Of a DNA stretch of 64,000 bases, positions 8,640 to 19,007 are shown in pieces. The DNA is taken from the NCBI GenBank assembly GCA_963762255.1, contig CAVXKA010000003.1, forward strand, positions 1-64,000. Reading direction: 5' to 3'. Made by a program: the position numbers and the translations under genes. The notes beneath the pieces were generated by a model, which saw only the letters and a list, made by a program, of their open reading frames with translations, had not been told where the DNA came from and did not search any database. This DNA is from Candidatus Eiseniibacteriota bacterium (lineage in GTDB: Bacteria; Eisenbacteria; RBG-16-71-46; JABDJR01). Position 1 is the stretch's first letter. Every line of letters begins with the position of its first letter.

Positions 8640-11600
8640 TCAGTACTCGTGCCGCACTTTCAGGTCGAGGTTGTACTCCTGGGCCAATCCCGTCGTCAGC
8701 GACGTGGTCTGCCGCCGCGCGTAGCCCGCGCGCAGGAAGATCGCCCGGCGGAGCCGGTACTCCACCGCCACGTCCTGCTCGAAGTTCTGGCTCAACCCCT
8801 GCCGGTACGCCACCGAAAGCGCCGGGGTGAGCCACTTGCGCACCCCGAGGGTGAGCGCGAAGTTCCCCGTCTCGCCCGAACCGCTGTCGATGTTGAACTC
8901 GTCGACCAGACCGACCCGCCGCAGCACCTCGCGTTCGATCCGCCCTCCCAGGAGGGTCGTCCCCGCGGCCACGCCGGTCACAAGCGCTTCGGACGACGTC
9001 GGACCCGCGGCGCTGCCGTTCTGTCCCGTCCCGAGTCCCACGGTCCTCGCGCCCAATCCCACGCTCCCCGCGGCCAGAACCTGGAACACTTCGCTCTCGG
9101 TGAGACCGGCGTCCGCGCGTCCATCCAGCAAGAGAGCGGAGGACTCTACCACAGGCTCGTCGGCGCGGCCATTGAGCCGCACGACGATCACGTACGGGGG
9201 CACCGTTGCTTCCGCAGTGACGTCCATCACCGGGATGACCGAGTAGGGATCGCTCCAGGTGATCGTGCCCTCGGTGATGCGGAACTGCTCGAAGAAGAGT
9301 TGATAGCGCCCGCGCAGGATCTCCAGCTCCCCCAGCACCGAACGCATGTCCACGTCCTGGCGGACCTGAAGTTCGCCCCCCAGCTCCGCGTCCACCTGCT
9401 CGTTGCGCACCAGGACTTGTGACGGGGCTTCGATGCTCACCTGGTACAGGATCGGCTGCGGTCTGAAGGTCGCGAGATCCTGCGGCTCGAGGGATCCCGC
9501 GTACTCCAGGCGGTGCACGTAGAGACTTCCCTCCGCATAGGGGTAGATGCGGCCGTCCTTGGCCCGCAACGGCCGCAGCGTCAGCGTCCCGGAGACGCGT
9601 GCCGCGTAGAGCCCCTCGTCGCGCACCACGGCGCGGTCGCCGCTGAGGACAAGCGCGTAGGCCTCGGTCTCCGCGACCCACAGGCGGTACGTGCCCTCCG
9701 CCCGCACCGCGCCGCCGCCGAGCGTGCCCGTCGCGTGATCGATGGTGAGGAGGTTGTGAGCCATGCTCACCCGCGCGGTGATGTTCTCCACGATCTCGTC
9801 CCGGTCGCGGATCGAGATACGACCCTTCTCCAGGCTTGCGTCGCCGTCCACGATCGGTTGCTTCGGCGTACCGGTCATGGTGACCCGGGCGTTGAACGAT
9901 CCCGAGACGTCCCCGATAAAGGGAAGCAACCGCAGCAGGTCGGGGCTTCCGTCCTCCGCATCGACGCGCAAGTCCAGCGGTCGCTCGGGGAGACTCCAGC
10001 GGAACGGGTAGAGGGTGAGATCCAGCGGCCCCGTGCCGCGCACCTCCGTGCGCTTTCCTCCCTGGCGCAGAGTGAGCGTATCCACGTGAACGGTGCCGTT
10101 TTCGAAGGCCAGCGCCGCGGTGAGTCCCTGGGCGGCGAAGTCGCGCCAACCGAGATCGACCCCCTCCCCGCGCAGCACGATGCGCGGCGCCGCCGCCGTG
10201 CCGGAGAGCGTGATCTGCGCATCCACGCGCCCCTGGGGACGGTTCGTGCGCGGCACGAACGAGAGCCACCGGCCGAGCTGAACGTTGGATACCGAGCCGC
10301 TGAGATCGAAGGCGAGGCTGTCCGGGAGGAACTCCGGCCCGACCGCGATCGACTCCAACGTGGCACGGAGCGATAACGGGAGCCGGACGCTCCCGCGCAC
10401 ACCCATCGTGCCTCCCTCCGCCCATCCGTCGAGTTCTTCGATCCCGACGTCGCGCCCTCGCAGGGTGACCCGCGCGCTCACGCTGTCGAGTCGCCCCCCT
10501 TCCCACTCGATGGCCCTGAGATCGAGATCCGCGGAGCCGTCCACGTCCGGAAACACGCCGCTCACGCGGGCGGTCCCGCTCGCCGACCCGACCCGCAACG
10601 GCAGCGGCTTGTCGGGCGGGAAGAACACCGAGGGATCGAGCCGGTTGAGGACGAAGCTCGCGTCGGCGCGCCGTGTCTTCACGTCGTAGACCCCGGCCGC
10701 CTCCACCGATCCTCGCGCGGTCTGGATCACGAGATGGCTCCCGCTCAACCGGTTGTTCTCCCAAGTGATCGTGCCCGGCGTTTCGATCCACAGTCGCCGC
10801 CCCTGCGAGCGAGCCTCCGCGCTCGCCACGTCGATGGTGACCACCGGCGCCCAGCGTACTCGCCCGGTCGCCGTCAACACGGTATCGCCGCGCGCCGCCT
10901 CCAACTCGGTCACGACTGCCTCGTCCTCGCCGACCGTCAGGTAGGCCTGCGCGCGGTCGAAGGCGAATCCCGGGAACCTCACGCCCTCGGCGGCCACCAG
11001 ATCGAGCACGAAGTTCCGCCCCTCGAGCAGCGGCCCCTCCGCCCGCACGAGATCGAGCCGCGGGACGACCATATCTCCGAGGGCGAGATCGGCGATATGT
11101 CCTCCGACCCGCGCCACCGGGCGTTTCAGCGTTCCGGTCACGACCGCGTCGAGGTCGGCGATTCCGCCGAGCGTCTCGTTCTTCAACACGGGTCGCAGCG
11201 GTCGCAGGTCGCCGCGATACTGCACCCGCAGATCGAGCGCCTCCGGCCCCGCAAGTCCCTTCGCTACCACCGACGCTCCCACCAGATCGACCCGTGCGCT
11301 ATCCGCGGTCCACGCATCGCCAACGCCGTGGAGTCGCAGTTCGGCCCTCTCGAAGACGAGGCCGTAGAGATCTCCGGCGTCGAGGCGCGCCTCGACGGTG
11401 AGACCCCGCTTGTAATCCATACGATCGACCATCACGGCGTGAACCTCTCCGCTCAGCGTGCCGGGTACGGTGATGGCGGGCTCTATCGGCAGCGCATCGG
11501 GCCGGACGTTTCGGAAACGTCCCTGGACTTCGAGACCGCTCTCGCGCAAGGGGACGACGATCGCCACGTCCTCGACCGTGACTTCCCCGTCGTGAGCGGC

Positions 11601-12557
11601 CACGCCGGTGAGGCGAAGCACGTGGTCGCGCACGTCTCCCTCGCCGTGCACCGATTCCACCGACCACGGCCCCCAGCGGCCCGCACCCTCCCCTTGGAAC
11701 GTGATGACCTCGCCCTCACCGGCCACGGATCCGCTGACGCGATCGATGAAACCGGGCCCCAGATCCGCGCGACCGAGCAATCGCCCCAGCAACGCCAGGG
11801 GCAATCGTTCGCTCGCAAAGTTGAACTGGAAGGCATGCGTCGAGACGGAGCCGTCCAAGCTGAGCGGCGACCCGGCCCAGGTACCGCGCACGTTCTCGAA
11901 GCGCACGCGCTCCGGCTGCGTGCCCCCCGTGGCGATCGTCATCTTCGCGCCGGCGAGATCGATCGCGCCGAGGCTATCGGCGAACACTCCGCTGAGCCGC
12001 TCGAGGCCGACGCGGATCGCGCCGTCCGCCGCCTGCGCATCGGCCAGGAAATCGAGCGAGTCGATCCGCACCGTGCGCCACGGCAGGACGATCTCGGCCG
12101 TGCCGCCGATCGCTTCGAAGTGCCCGACGCCGAACCGAGGCCCCGCGCCGGCCGCTCCCGGCTTTCGCGTCGCGCGGAACCCGGGAAGCGCGTAGCCCGC
12201 CTCGCCGCGCCGGCGTATGTGGAGCTCGGGCGCGATGACCGTCAGCCGGCTCACTTCGTAGCGGCGATGCAGGAGACCCCACGGGTCGTAGCGCAACTCG
12301 ACGCTTCGTGCGGCCAGGAAGGGCTGCCACCCATCCGGCTCGCGCGTCTCCACACGCACATCCCTGAGCAGCAGGCCGGTCAGGGGAAAGCCCTCGACCC
12401 ACCCGATCGTGATGCGGGTGTCCTCGTCGAGCAGAAGTCCGTTGGCGAGGCGCGCCGAGCGCTCGGCGACGACCCCGCCGCCCAGAATCCAGAACCCCAC
12501 CAACCCGACCACCACCAGGGCCGCCAGGAGCGCCACGACGATCATGACGCGCCGCAT
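8640..12557 (-). CDS. tamB: TamB/AsmA-like translocation and assembly module protein
   Basis: About 1300 aa, N-terminal TM anchor, glycine-rich beta-strand repeats, DUF490-like C-terminus (..LKVRHEY); directly downstream of an Omp85 gene. Confidence 0.88.
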   Translation of the reverse strand: MRRVMIVVALLAALVVVGLVGFWILGGGVVAERSARLANGLLLDEDTRITIGWVEGFPLTGLLLRDVRVETREPDGWQPFLAARSVELRYDPWGLLHRRYEVSRLTVIAPELHIRRRGEAGYALPGFRATRKPGAAGAGPRFGVGHFEAIGGTAEIVLPWRTVRIDSLDFLADAQAADGAIRVGLERLSGVFADSLGAIDLAGAKMTIATGGTQPERVRFENVRGTWAGSPLSLDGSVSTHAFQFNFASERLPLALLGRLLGRADLGPGFIDRVSGSVAGEGEVITFQGEGAGRWGPWSVESVHGEGDVRDHVLRLTGVAAHDGEVTVEDVAIVVPLRESGLEVQGRFRNVRPDALPIEPAITVPGTLSGEVHAVMVDRMDYKRGLTVEARLDAGDLYGLVFERAELRLHGVGDAWTADSARVDLVGASVVAKGLAGPEALDLRVQYRGDLRPLRPVLKNETLGGIADLDAVVTGTLKRPVARVGGHIADLALGDMVVPRLDLVRAEGPLLEGRNFVLDLVAAEGVRFPGFAFDRAQAYLTVGEDEAVVTELEAARGDTVLTATGRVRWAPVVTIDVASAEARSQGRRLWIETPGTITWENNRLSGSHLVIQTARGSVEAAGVYDVKTRRADASFVLNRLDPSVFFPPDKPLPLRVGSASGTARVSGVFPDVDGSADLDLRAIEWEGGRLDSVSARVTLRGRDVGIEELDGWAEGGTMGVRGSVRLPLSLRATLESIAVGPEFLPDSLAFDLSGSVSNVQLGRWLSFVPRTNRPQGRVDAQITLSGTAAAPRIVLRGEGVDLGWRDFAAQGLTAALAFENGTVHVDTLTLRQGGKRTEVRGTGPLDLTLYPFRWSLPERPLDLRVDAEDGSPDLLRLLPFIGDVSGSFNARVTMTGTPKQPIVDGDASLEKGRISIRDRDEIVENITARVSMAHNLLTIDHATGTLGGGAVRAEGTYRLWVAETEAYALVLSGDRAVVRDEGLYAARVSGTLTLRPLRAKDGRIYPYAEGSLYVHRLEYAGSLEPQDLATFRPQPILYQVSIEAPSQVLVRNEQVDAELGGELQVRQDVDMRSVLGELEILRGRYQLFFEQFRITEGTITWSDPYSVIPVMDVTAEATVPPYVIVVRLNGRADEPVVESSALLLDGRADAGLTESEVFQVLAAGSVGLGARTVGLGTGQNGSAAGPTSSEALVTGVAAGTTLLGGRIEREVLRRVGLVDEFNIDSGSGETGNFALTLGVRKWLTPALSVAYRQGLSQNFEQDVAVEYRLRRAIFLRAGYARRQTTSLTTGLAQEYNLDLKVRHEY

Positions 12558-12591
12558 CCACTTCACGACGGGGTGCGCGACCCGCGCGCGA

Positions 12592-14544
12592 CTAGAACGC
12601 ATGTCCGAGCCCCACGTACCACGAGTCCTTGGTACCCGCCTGCGCCTCGTTGTTCCACCGGCGCGCGTAATCCAGGCGCACCGGACCCACCGGCGTCAAC
12701 ACGCGCAGCCCGCCGCCGAAGCTGTAGCGCACATCGTAGGGACTCACCTCGTCACGGTCGGTTCGCGGCACGAAACGACCCCACGTGATGACCTTGCGAT
12801 CCGGCCACACGTTGCCCGCGTCAAGGAATCCCACCACGGAGACCACCCCCACCACATGCAGGCGCGCTTCCGCGTTGAACAGGAACTCGGCGAGCCCTCC
12901 CAACCCGTTGGGCCCGGAGAGTTCGTCCTGCGCGTATCCCCGCACGGTGTTGGGCCCGCCGAGCCGATAGCGATCCTCCTGCGGGATCAGCTCCACGCGC
13001 GAGGCGATGGGTCGCCCCGCGACCGATGTCGCGCCGGACGACGGCTTGATGTAGCCCACCTGCGCGCGAGCCCCCACCACCCAACGGTCTCCCGGCCAGG
13101 GTCGGAACTCCGCCACTCCCACCGTCGCCTTGCGGAAGTCGTTGTTCCCCCCGAAGGCGCCGCCGGCGAGCTGCCCCAGCACGGAGCGATACCCGCCTCG
13201 GCGCGGCTCGAAGAGATCGCTGCGGTTATCGAGTTCGAGTCGCCCGCTCAAGAGACGCGTCTGGTAGCTGTCGCGATAGAGCTGAGGGTCCAGGTTCCGG
13301 GCGCCCTCACCCGCCTGGTTGTTGACCCAGTTGTTGACGAGGGAGAACACCACCTGGTTGCGCACGCCGTGGAACAGCCGGCGCACGCTGAACCCCGCGC
13401 CCACGACGTTCTGGCTGTAGTCGAGCGAACCCGCGGTCGCGGCCACGCTGTCCGGCACGTCCTCGAGACGCGCGTTGTCGAAGACGTGAAAGACGTTGGG
13501 CTGCCCCTCCCAGCGTGTGCCGAACAACGACGGCAACGTCACCAGCGCCGTCGTGGTGACGCGGTCGAGCACGGAGGGGACGCGATCCGAGAAATCGAAG
13601 TCGGTGCGATTCAGAAGCGCGAAGCGATAGCCCGTGCCGAGGAAGCTCCGCGCTCCCCACTCGCCGGAAAGGCGGAACTGCTCCTGGCTGTTCACGCCGA
13701 CGCCCCCCTCTACCCAGTGCAGGCGTCGCTCCCTCACCCGAAACGAGAGATCGATGGTGTGGGTGACGGTGTCCACGGCGGACGTGTCCCACTGCGCGTC
13801 GAGGAAGATCCCGCTCTGCAAGAGAAGGGTCTGGCTGTCCAGGATGTCCTTGAGGCGAAGGATCTCCCCCGGCTTCGCGCGCACGTGCCTCAGGACTACC
13901 GACCGCGCGACGTTCTGGAGCCCGGTCACCTCCACCGTGTCGACGCGAACCGGATTCCCCTCGACCACATCGAAGAGCGCGATCGCCCGGTCGCCGTACA
14001 GGATCATCTTGGCCCTCACCGAAGCTTCCCAGTACCCCAGGTCGGCGAGCTTGGCGAGGATCTTCCGCCGGTCGTCCTCGAGCTTGAATGGGTCCGCGGG
14101 TTGGTCGCGTCTAAGCGAGAGATGCATTCCCTCGGCGCTGGCGACGCGCAGCCCGTGCACGCCCACCCCGGCCACCGTCGTCGGTTCGCCCTCCTCGATG
14201 CGGATCAGGATGTAGACCTTGTCTTCGCTACGGCGAACCTGACGGTCGGCGATGTGCGCCCGCAGGTAGCCGTGACGCATGTACGAGGTGAGGATGGCTT
14301 GAAGATCGGTTTCGAGTTGGGTCTTGCGATACTTCGTGTCCTGGAAGGGATTCCAGCGGTTCTGCACCCGCAGGATCATGAGCCCGCGCAGCTCGCCGTC
14401 GCTGAAGGCGCTGTTTCCCTCGAAGTCGATCCCCGCTACGTCGGGGAGATCCTCAAGCAGAAGGAGCGAGTTCTCGGCGCGGCCGCACCCGACCACTCCA
14501 AGGATCAGTGCGGCGCAAACAACGAGGGCGCGTCTCAAGTCCAC
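12592..14544 (-). CDS. Omp85 family outer-membrane protein (TamA/TamL-like, lipobox)
   Basis: Lipobox LGVVG-C, POTRA-like segments, L6 motif GGPNTVRGY, TPVGPVRLDYA and C-terminal GHAF. Confidence 0.88.
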   Translation of the reverse strand: MDLRRALVVCAALILGVVGCGRAENSLLLLEDLPDVAGIDFEGNSAFSDGELRGLMILRVQNRWNPFQDTKYRKTQLETDLQAILTSYMRHGYLRAHIADRQVRRSEDKVYILIRIEEGEPTTVAGVGVHGLRVASAEGMHLSLRRDQPADPFKLEDDRRKILAKLADLGYWEASVRAKMILYGDRAIALFDVVEGNPVRVDTVEVTGLQNVARSVVLRHVRAKPGEILRLKDILDSQTLLLQSGIFLDAQWDTSAVDTVTHTIDLSFRVRERRLHWVEGGVGVNSQEQFRLSGEWGARSFLGTGYRFALLNRTDFDFSDRVPSVLDRVTTTALVTLPSLFGTRWEGQPNVFHVFDNARLEDVPDSVAATAGSLDYSQNVVGAGFSVRRLFHGVRNQVVFSLVNNWVNNQAGEGARNLDPQLYRDSYQTRLLSGRLELDNRSDLFEPRRGGYRSVLGQLAGGAFGGNNDFRKATVGVAEFRPWPGDRWVVGARAQVGYIKPSSGATSVAGRPIASRVELIPQEDRYRLGGPNTVRGYAQDELSGPNGLGGLAEFLFNAEARLHVVGVVSVVGFLDAGNVWPDRKVITWGRFVPRTDRDEVSPYDVRYSFGGGLRVLTPVGPVRLDYARRWNNEAQAGTKDSWYVGLGHAF

Positions 14545-14556
14545 GGCTTCGCTTCC

Positions 14557-15900
14557 TCAGGGAGCCGCATCTCCGAGGCGGCCCAGCGCGGAGTGACGCT
14601 GGAGGATGCGAAGCGGATCGTTGATGAGCACGAAGAGAAACAGGGCTCCCAGCACCACGATGCCGATCCCCTGATAGACCGTGAGACCGCGGCTTCCCAG
14701 AGGCCGCCCCCGCACCGCCTCGACGACGCTCAAGACCACCATGCCGCCGTCCAGGATCGGGACGGGGAGAAGGTTGAAGACCATGAGGGCGACGCTCAGC
14801 CAGACCGCGAGGTTCAAGAGGCGGTCCCAGCCGCGCTGCGCCGCGTCCCCCGACGCCTGGATGATCGCCACCGGACCGCTGAGTTGGGAGAGGGTCGACG
14901 GCGTGGTGAAGAGGGTGCCGATGCTGCGCGCGGTCTCGACTACGGTGGAGAGTGCTCCGCCGGTCCCCTGCACGATCCCGTCCAGAAAGCCGAACCGGAC
15001 CAGGTACGTCGACTGGACCACGGGGCCGATCCCGATGCGTCCCACCGTGGAATCGCCCGAGGCGTCGCTCATCGGCGTGATGGGCAGCGTCAGCGCCCGC
15101 CCGTCGCGCTCGAGCGAGAGCATGATTTCCTTGCCGGGGCTCTTCAGGATGAGGCGCGTCATGTCGGACCAGACATGCACCGGAGTTCCGTCGATGGCGG
15201 TGATGCGGTCCCCCTCCAGGAGTCCCGCCTGATAGGCGGGGGTTCCGCGGATCACGTCCCCCACCACGGCGGGCATCGGGAACTCGAGGCCTCGGATCAC
15301 CTCCGCCGCCCGCTCGCGCGGCACGCGGATCGTCATCGGGCCCTCGGCGCGTGCCACGGCAACAACCATGTCCTGGCCGCGCTCATCCTCGTCCAGGCGC
15401 CGGCCAACCTCATAGTAGAACGCCTGCAACGAGGCCACCGGCGTTTCGTCCACCGCGGTCAGGCGATCCTCGGCCCGGAAACCCGCGCTGTCCGCCGCGC
15501 TGCCCGCGGTGACGCCGCCGATCACGTTCGGCGCGTCGGGGAGCCGCACGCCCACCCACGCGAGCACGATGCTCACCACGATCGCGAGCACGAAGTTCGC
15601 GCCCGGGCCGGCCAGCGCGATCAGCACGCGGCGCCACCACGCGGCGGCGAAGAAATCGTCCGGCTTGAGAGCGGCGCGATCGCGAGGGTCGTCTCCGCCC
15701 ATCTTCACGTACCCGCCCAGCGGAAACGCGGAGACGGCGATCTGCACGCCGTTGATCACACGGGAGAAGATCACGGGGCCGAAGCCCACCGAGAACCGCT
15801 CGACGCGCACGCCCAACCGCCGCGCCACCAGGAAGTGCCCCAATTCATGAATAATGACCAGCGCGCTGAAAACAAGAAGACCGAGGATGATGGTGATCAC
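14557..15900 (-). CDS. rseP: RIP metalloprotease RseP
   Basis: IHELGHF, FSVGFGP, PLGGYVKM, two PDZ domains, NLLPVPILDGG. Confidence 0.96.
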   Translation of the reverse strand: MITIILGLLVFSALVIIHELGHFLVARRLGVRVERFSVGFGPVIFSRVINGVQIAVSAFPLGGYVKMGGDDPRDRAALKPDDFFAAAWWRRVLIALAGPGANFVLAIVVSIVLAWVGVRLPDAPNVIGGVTAGSAADSAGFRAEDRLTAVDETPVASLQAFYYEVGRRLDEDERGQDMVVAVARAEGPMTIRVPRERAAEVIRGLEFPMPAVVGDVIRGTPAYQAGLLEGDRITAIDGTPVHVWSDMTRLILKSPGKEIMLSLERDGRALTLPITPMSDASGDSTVGRIGIGPVVQSTYLVRFGFLDGIVQGTGGALSTVVETARSIGTLFTTPSTLSQLSGPVAIIQASGDAAQRGWDRLLNLAVWLSVALMVFNLLPVPILDGGMVVLSVVEAVRGRPLGSRGLTVYQGIGIVVLGALFLFVLINDPLRILQRHSALGRLGDAAP

Positions 15901-16988
15901 GAAGTCGGGCCGCTCCTTTTCTGAATTGCCTCGTATACCGCGATGGTGCCCTCCACCATCCGGTCCGCCGTGAACCGGCGCACGCGGGCGAGCCCCCCCT
16001 CGACCAGCCGGCCGGCGAGCCCCGGCTCCTCGAGGACCCGGCGTATCGCATCGGCCAACGCCTCGGGGGCCGCCGGCCGAACGAGAAGGCCGCTCACCCC
16101 GTCCTCCACCATCTCGGGGATCCCCCCGCCCGCAGACGCCACCACCGGCGTTCCCGCCGCCATGGCGTCCAGCACCGAGGTGCCGAGCCCCTCCAGCCGC
16201 GAGGAAAGACAGAATACGTCGATCGAGCGCACGAGGCGCGCCACATCTTCCCGGTGGCCGAGAAAATGAACCCGTCCGGAGAGATCCGGTCGCGCGGCCC
16301 GTTCGCGAAGCAGGCTCTCCAGGTCTCCCGCTCCGGCGAGAACTCCGTGAACCGGAGCAGCCGACCGGGCCAGTGCCTCCAGAAAATCCTGGGGCGCCTT
16401 GTGGGAAACCAAAGCTCCGATGAATCCTACCAGCTTGGCATCCATCGGGATAGCGAGCTCCCGGCGAAGCCCGGCGGGGTCCCTCGGGACCGCCATCCGC
16501 GCCGGGTCGATGCCGCTGTGAACGGTGGTCACGCGATCGGCGGGCACCCCCGCCGCGCGCAGAATGCGCGCCACGCCATCGCTCACCGCGATGAAACGAT
16601 CCACCCCGGGACCGTACTTGAGCCGCCGCAGCGGTCCGCGCGGGATGAAATCCACGCGCCGAGAAACCACGATCGCGGGTCGGGGGCGAAGTCCGGCCGT
16701 GGCCAGGAGCCCGAGCGCGTGCGCGTGCCCGGTGTGGAGATGGAGGAGGTCGAACCCTTCACGAGCCAGACGCCGCAGGCGAAACGCGGCCATCGGATCC
16801 GCATCTCCGTGCGATGCGATGGGGACAACGCGCACGCCCGCCTCCGTCGCTCGGCGGGCCAGCGGGCTCTTGCCCGGCGTGGCGAGCACGGGATTCCAAC
16901 CGCGCAGCGTCAGCCCTTGAAGCAGATAGAGAACCTGCTGTTCGCCCCCGCGCCACGTGCGCGCGGTGGCCACGTGAAGCGTGCGCAC
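15897..16988 (-). CDS. GT4 family glycosyltransferase
   Basis: From GTG 16988: WRGGEQQV...SSRLEGLGTSVLDAMAAGTPVV...GGIPEMV. Confidence 0.9.
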   Translation of the reverse strand: MRTLHVATARTWRGGEQQVLYLLQGLTLRGWNPVLATPGKSPLARRATEAGVRVVPIASHGDADPMAAFRLRRLAREGFDLLHLHTGHAHALGLLATAGLRPRPAIVVSRRVDFIPRGPLRRLKYGPGVDRFIAVSDGVARILRAAGVPADRVTTVHSGIDPARMAVPRDPAGLRRELAIPMDAKLVGFIGALVSHKAPQDFLEALARSAAPVHGVLAGAGDLESLLRERAARPDLSGRVHFLGHREDVARLVRSIDVFCLSSRLEGLGTSVLDAMAAGTPVVASAGGGIPEMVEDGVSGLLVRPAAPEALADAIRRVLEEPGLAGRLVEGGLARVRRFTADRMVEGTIAVYEAIQKRSGPTS

Positions 16989-16989
16989 G

Positions 16990-18180
16990 TCAGGGCCGGC
17001 GCGCCGCGACCGCGTCCAGCGCGGCCGCGCGGGCGTCCCGGTCGGCGGCGACCACCGCGTCGAGCGAATCGGCGGGGCCTTGAGGGGCGCGATCCAGCAC
17101 CTCCTCGACCACTTCGGCGATGGCGGGAAAACGGAGACGACCCTCGAGGAACGACTCGACCGCCACCTCGTCGGCCGCGTTGAGCACTGCGGGCGCCGTT
17201 CCTCCCCGCTCGGCCGCGCGATAGGCGAGCCGCAGTGCGGGAAACGCATCGAGGTCGGGAGACTCGAAGCCGAGAGATCCCCACCGCGGAAGATCGCAGA
17301 CCGGCGCCGCGCAGTCCCATCGTTCCGGGTAGCTCATCGCGTACTGCACCGGGATCATCATGTCGGGCGCGGAGAGCTGCGCGATCATCGAGCCGTCGGT
17401 CAACGTGACCAGCGCGTGCACGACGCTCTGGGGATGCACCCAGACCTCGATGCGATGGAGCGGCACGTCGAACAACCGCTGGGTCTCGATCACTTCCAGC
17501 CCCTTGTTGAAGAGGGTCGCGCTGTCCACCGTGATGCGCGCGCCCATGGGCCATATCGGGTGGCGCAGCGCCTCCTGAGGCGTCACCGCAACCAGATCCT
17601 CGCGGCGCTTCCCGCGGAAGGGACCGCCCGAGGCGGTGATGACGAGCCGCTTCACCTGAGCGGGATCGCGCCCGTCCAGACACTGGAAGAGCCCGGAGTG
17701 CTCGCTGTCCACCGGGATCACCCGCGCCCCGTGCGCGCGCGCGGCGCGCATGATGAGCTCGCCAGCCAGCACCAGCGATTCCTTGTTGGCCAGCGCCAGC
17801 ATCTTGCCGCGCTCCGCGGCGAGAAGACTCGCCTCGAGCCCGGCGCGGCCCATGATGCCGTTCACCACGAGATCCACGTCGTCGAGCGCGGCCAGCGCGG
17901 CGACCGCCTCCGGGCCGCCGTCCACGCGCGTCCCCGCGGGGAGAAGCGCGCGCAACGCCGCCACCCGCTCGGGGTCGGCCACCGCCACGTGCGCCGCACC
18001 GCATCGCCGAGCCGCCGCCGCCAGCGGCTCCACAGAGCCGTGCGCTGCCAGCGCGATCACTTGCACGCGGTCGGGATAGCGCTCGGCCACCGCCATCGCC
18101 TTCTCGCCGATCGACCCGGTCGCGCCGAGGATTGCGACGCGGCGCGGAAAGGCGGGCAGAGGCGACAGCGGCGCGCTCAT
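16990..18180 (-). CDS. dxr: 1-deoxy-D-xylulose 5-phosphate reductoisomerase
   Basis: ILGATGSIG, LALANKESLV, PVDSEHS, TASGGPFR, ITVDSATLFNKGLE, NAADE; start at ATG 18180. Confidence 0.97.
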   Translation of the reverse strand: MSAPLSPLPAFPRRVAILGATGSIGEKAMAVAERYPDRVQVIALAAHGSVEPLAAAARRCGAAHVAVADPERVAALRALLPAGTRVDGGPEAVAALAALDDVDLVVNGIMGRAGLEASLLAAERGKMLALANKESLVLAGELIMRAARAHGARVIPVDSEHSGLFQCLDGRDPAQVKRLVITASGGPFRGKRREDLVAVTPQEALRHPIWPMGARITVDSATLFNKGLEVIETQRLFDVPLHRIEVWVHPQSVVHALVTLTDGSMIAQLSAPDMMIPVQYAMSYPERWDCAAPVCDLPRWGSLGFESPDLDAFPALRLAYRAAERGGTAPAVLNAADEVAVESFLEGRLRFPAIAEVVEEVLDRAPQGPADSLDAVVAADRDARAAALDAVAARRP

Positions 18181-19007
18181 GTCAGCAAGTACCTGAAGAG
18201 ATAGAAGCTGACGGGCGCGACCAGAAGAAGGCTGTCGATGCGATCGAGCACACCCCCGTGCCCGGGGATGATGTGCGAAGCATCCTTGGCGCAGAGGTTG
18301 CGCTTCAAGAGCGATTCGAGGAGATCGCCGAGCGGCGAGACAAGGCCGATGACGAGGCCGGTGAGCAACGCCTCGGGGAGCGTGAAGCCGGAGACGAATC
18401 GGGCCGCCACGCCCGCCACAAGGATCGTCCCCGCGAGCCCGCCGAGGAATCCCTCCACCGATTTCCCGGGGCTGACATGAGGAGCGAGCTTGCGCTTCCC
18501 CCACCGGATCCCCACGAAGAACGCGAAGGTGTCGGCGGCCCAGGTGCCGAGCAGCACGACGAGCAACAATCCCAGACCCCGCTCCAGCTCTCGCAGCCAG
18601 AGCAGATGCACCGCGAATCCCGCCACGTAGAGCACGCCGAATACGGTCAGCGCGAGCCCGTCGAGGCGCCCCTCGATCGGCGGGCGCAACGACGCCGCAA
18701 TCATCCAGAGCGCGATCGCCACCAACACCGCGCCCGCCTCGGCGGGGCGATGCAGAGCGCCCAGGATCACGATCGCGGCTCCGCCCGCGAGGCCCGGCAG
18801 CATGAGGACGGGATGCCCGGCCCGCTTCGACATCCGGAAGAACTCGAGGAGCGCGGCCATCACCCCGATCAGGAGAAGAAGGGCCAGGAAGAGTCCCCCC
18901 GCCCACGCCGCGGCGAGGGTGATGCCGGCGAGCGCGAACCCCGCAACGACCCGCGCCCCTACCGACTGGGCGTGCAAGCGGGCCCGCACCGTGGCTTCAG
19001 CGCACAC
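18177..19007 (-). CDS. cdsA: Phosphatidate cytidylyltransferase
   Basis: WAADTFAF, SPGKSVEG, GDLLESLLKR..KD...PGHGGVLDRIDS. Confidence 0.95.
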   Translation of the reverse strand: MCAEATVRARLHAQSVGARVVAGFALAGITLAAAWAGGLFLALLLLIGVMAALLEFFRMSKRAGHPVLMLPGLAGGAAIVILGALHRPAEAGAVLVAIALWMIAASLRPPIEGRLDGLALTVFGVLYVAGFAVHLLWLRELERGLGLLLVVLLGTWAADTFAFFVGIRWGKRKLAPHVSPGKSVEGFLGGLAGTILVAGVAARFVSGFTLPEALLTGLVIGLVSPLGDLLESLLKRNLCAKDASHIIPGHGGVLDRIDSLLLVAPVSFYLFRYLLT

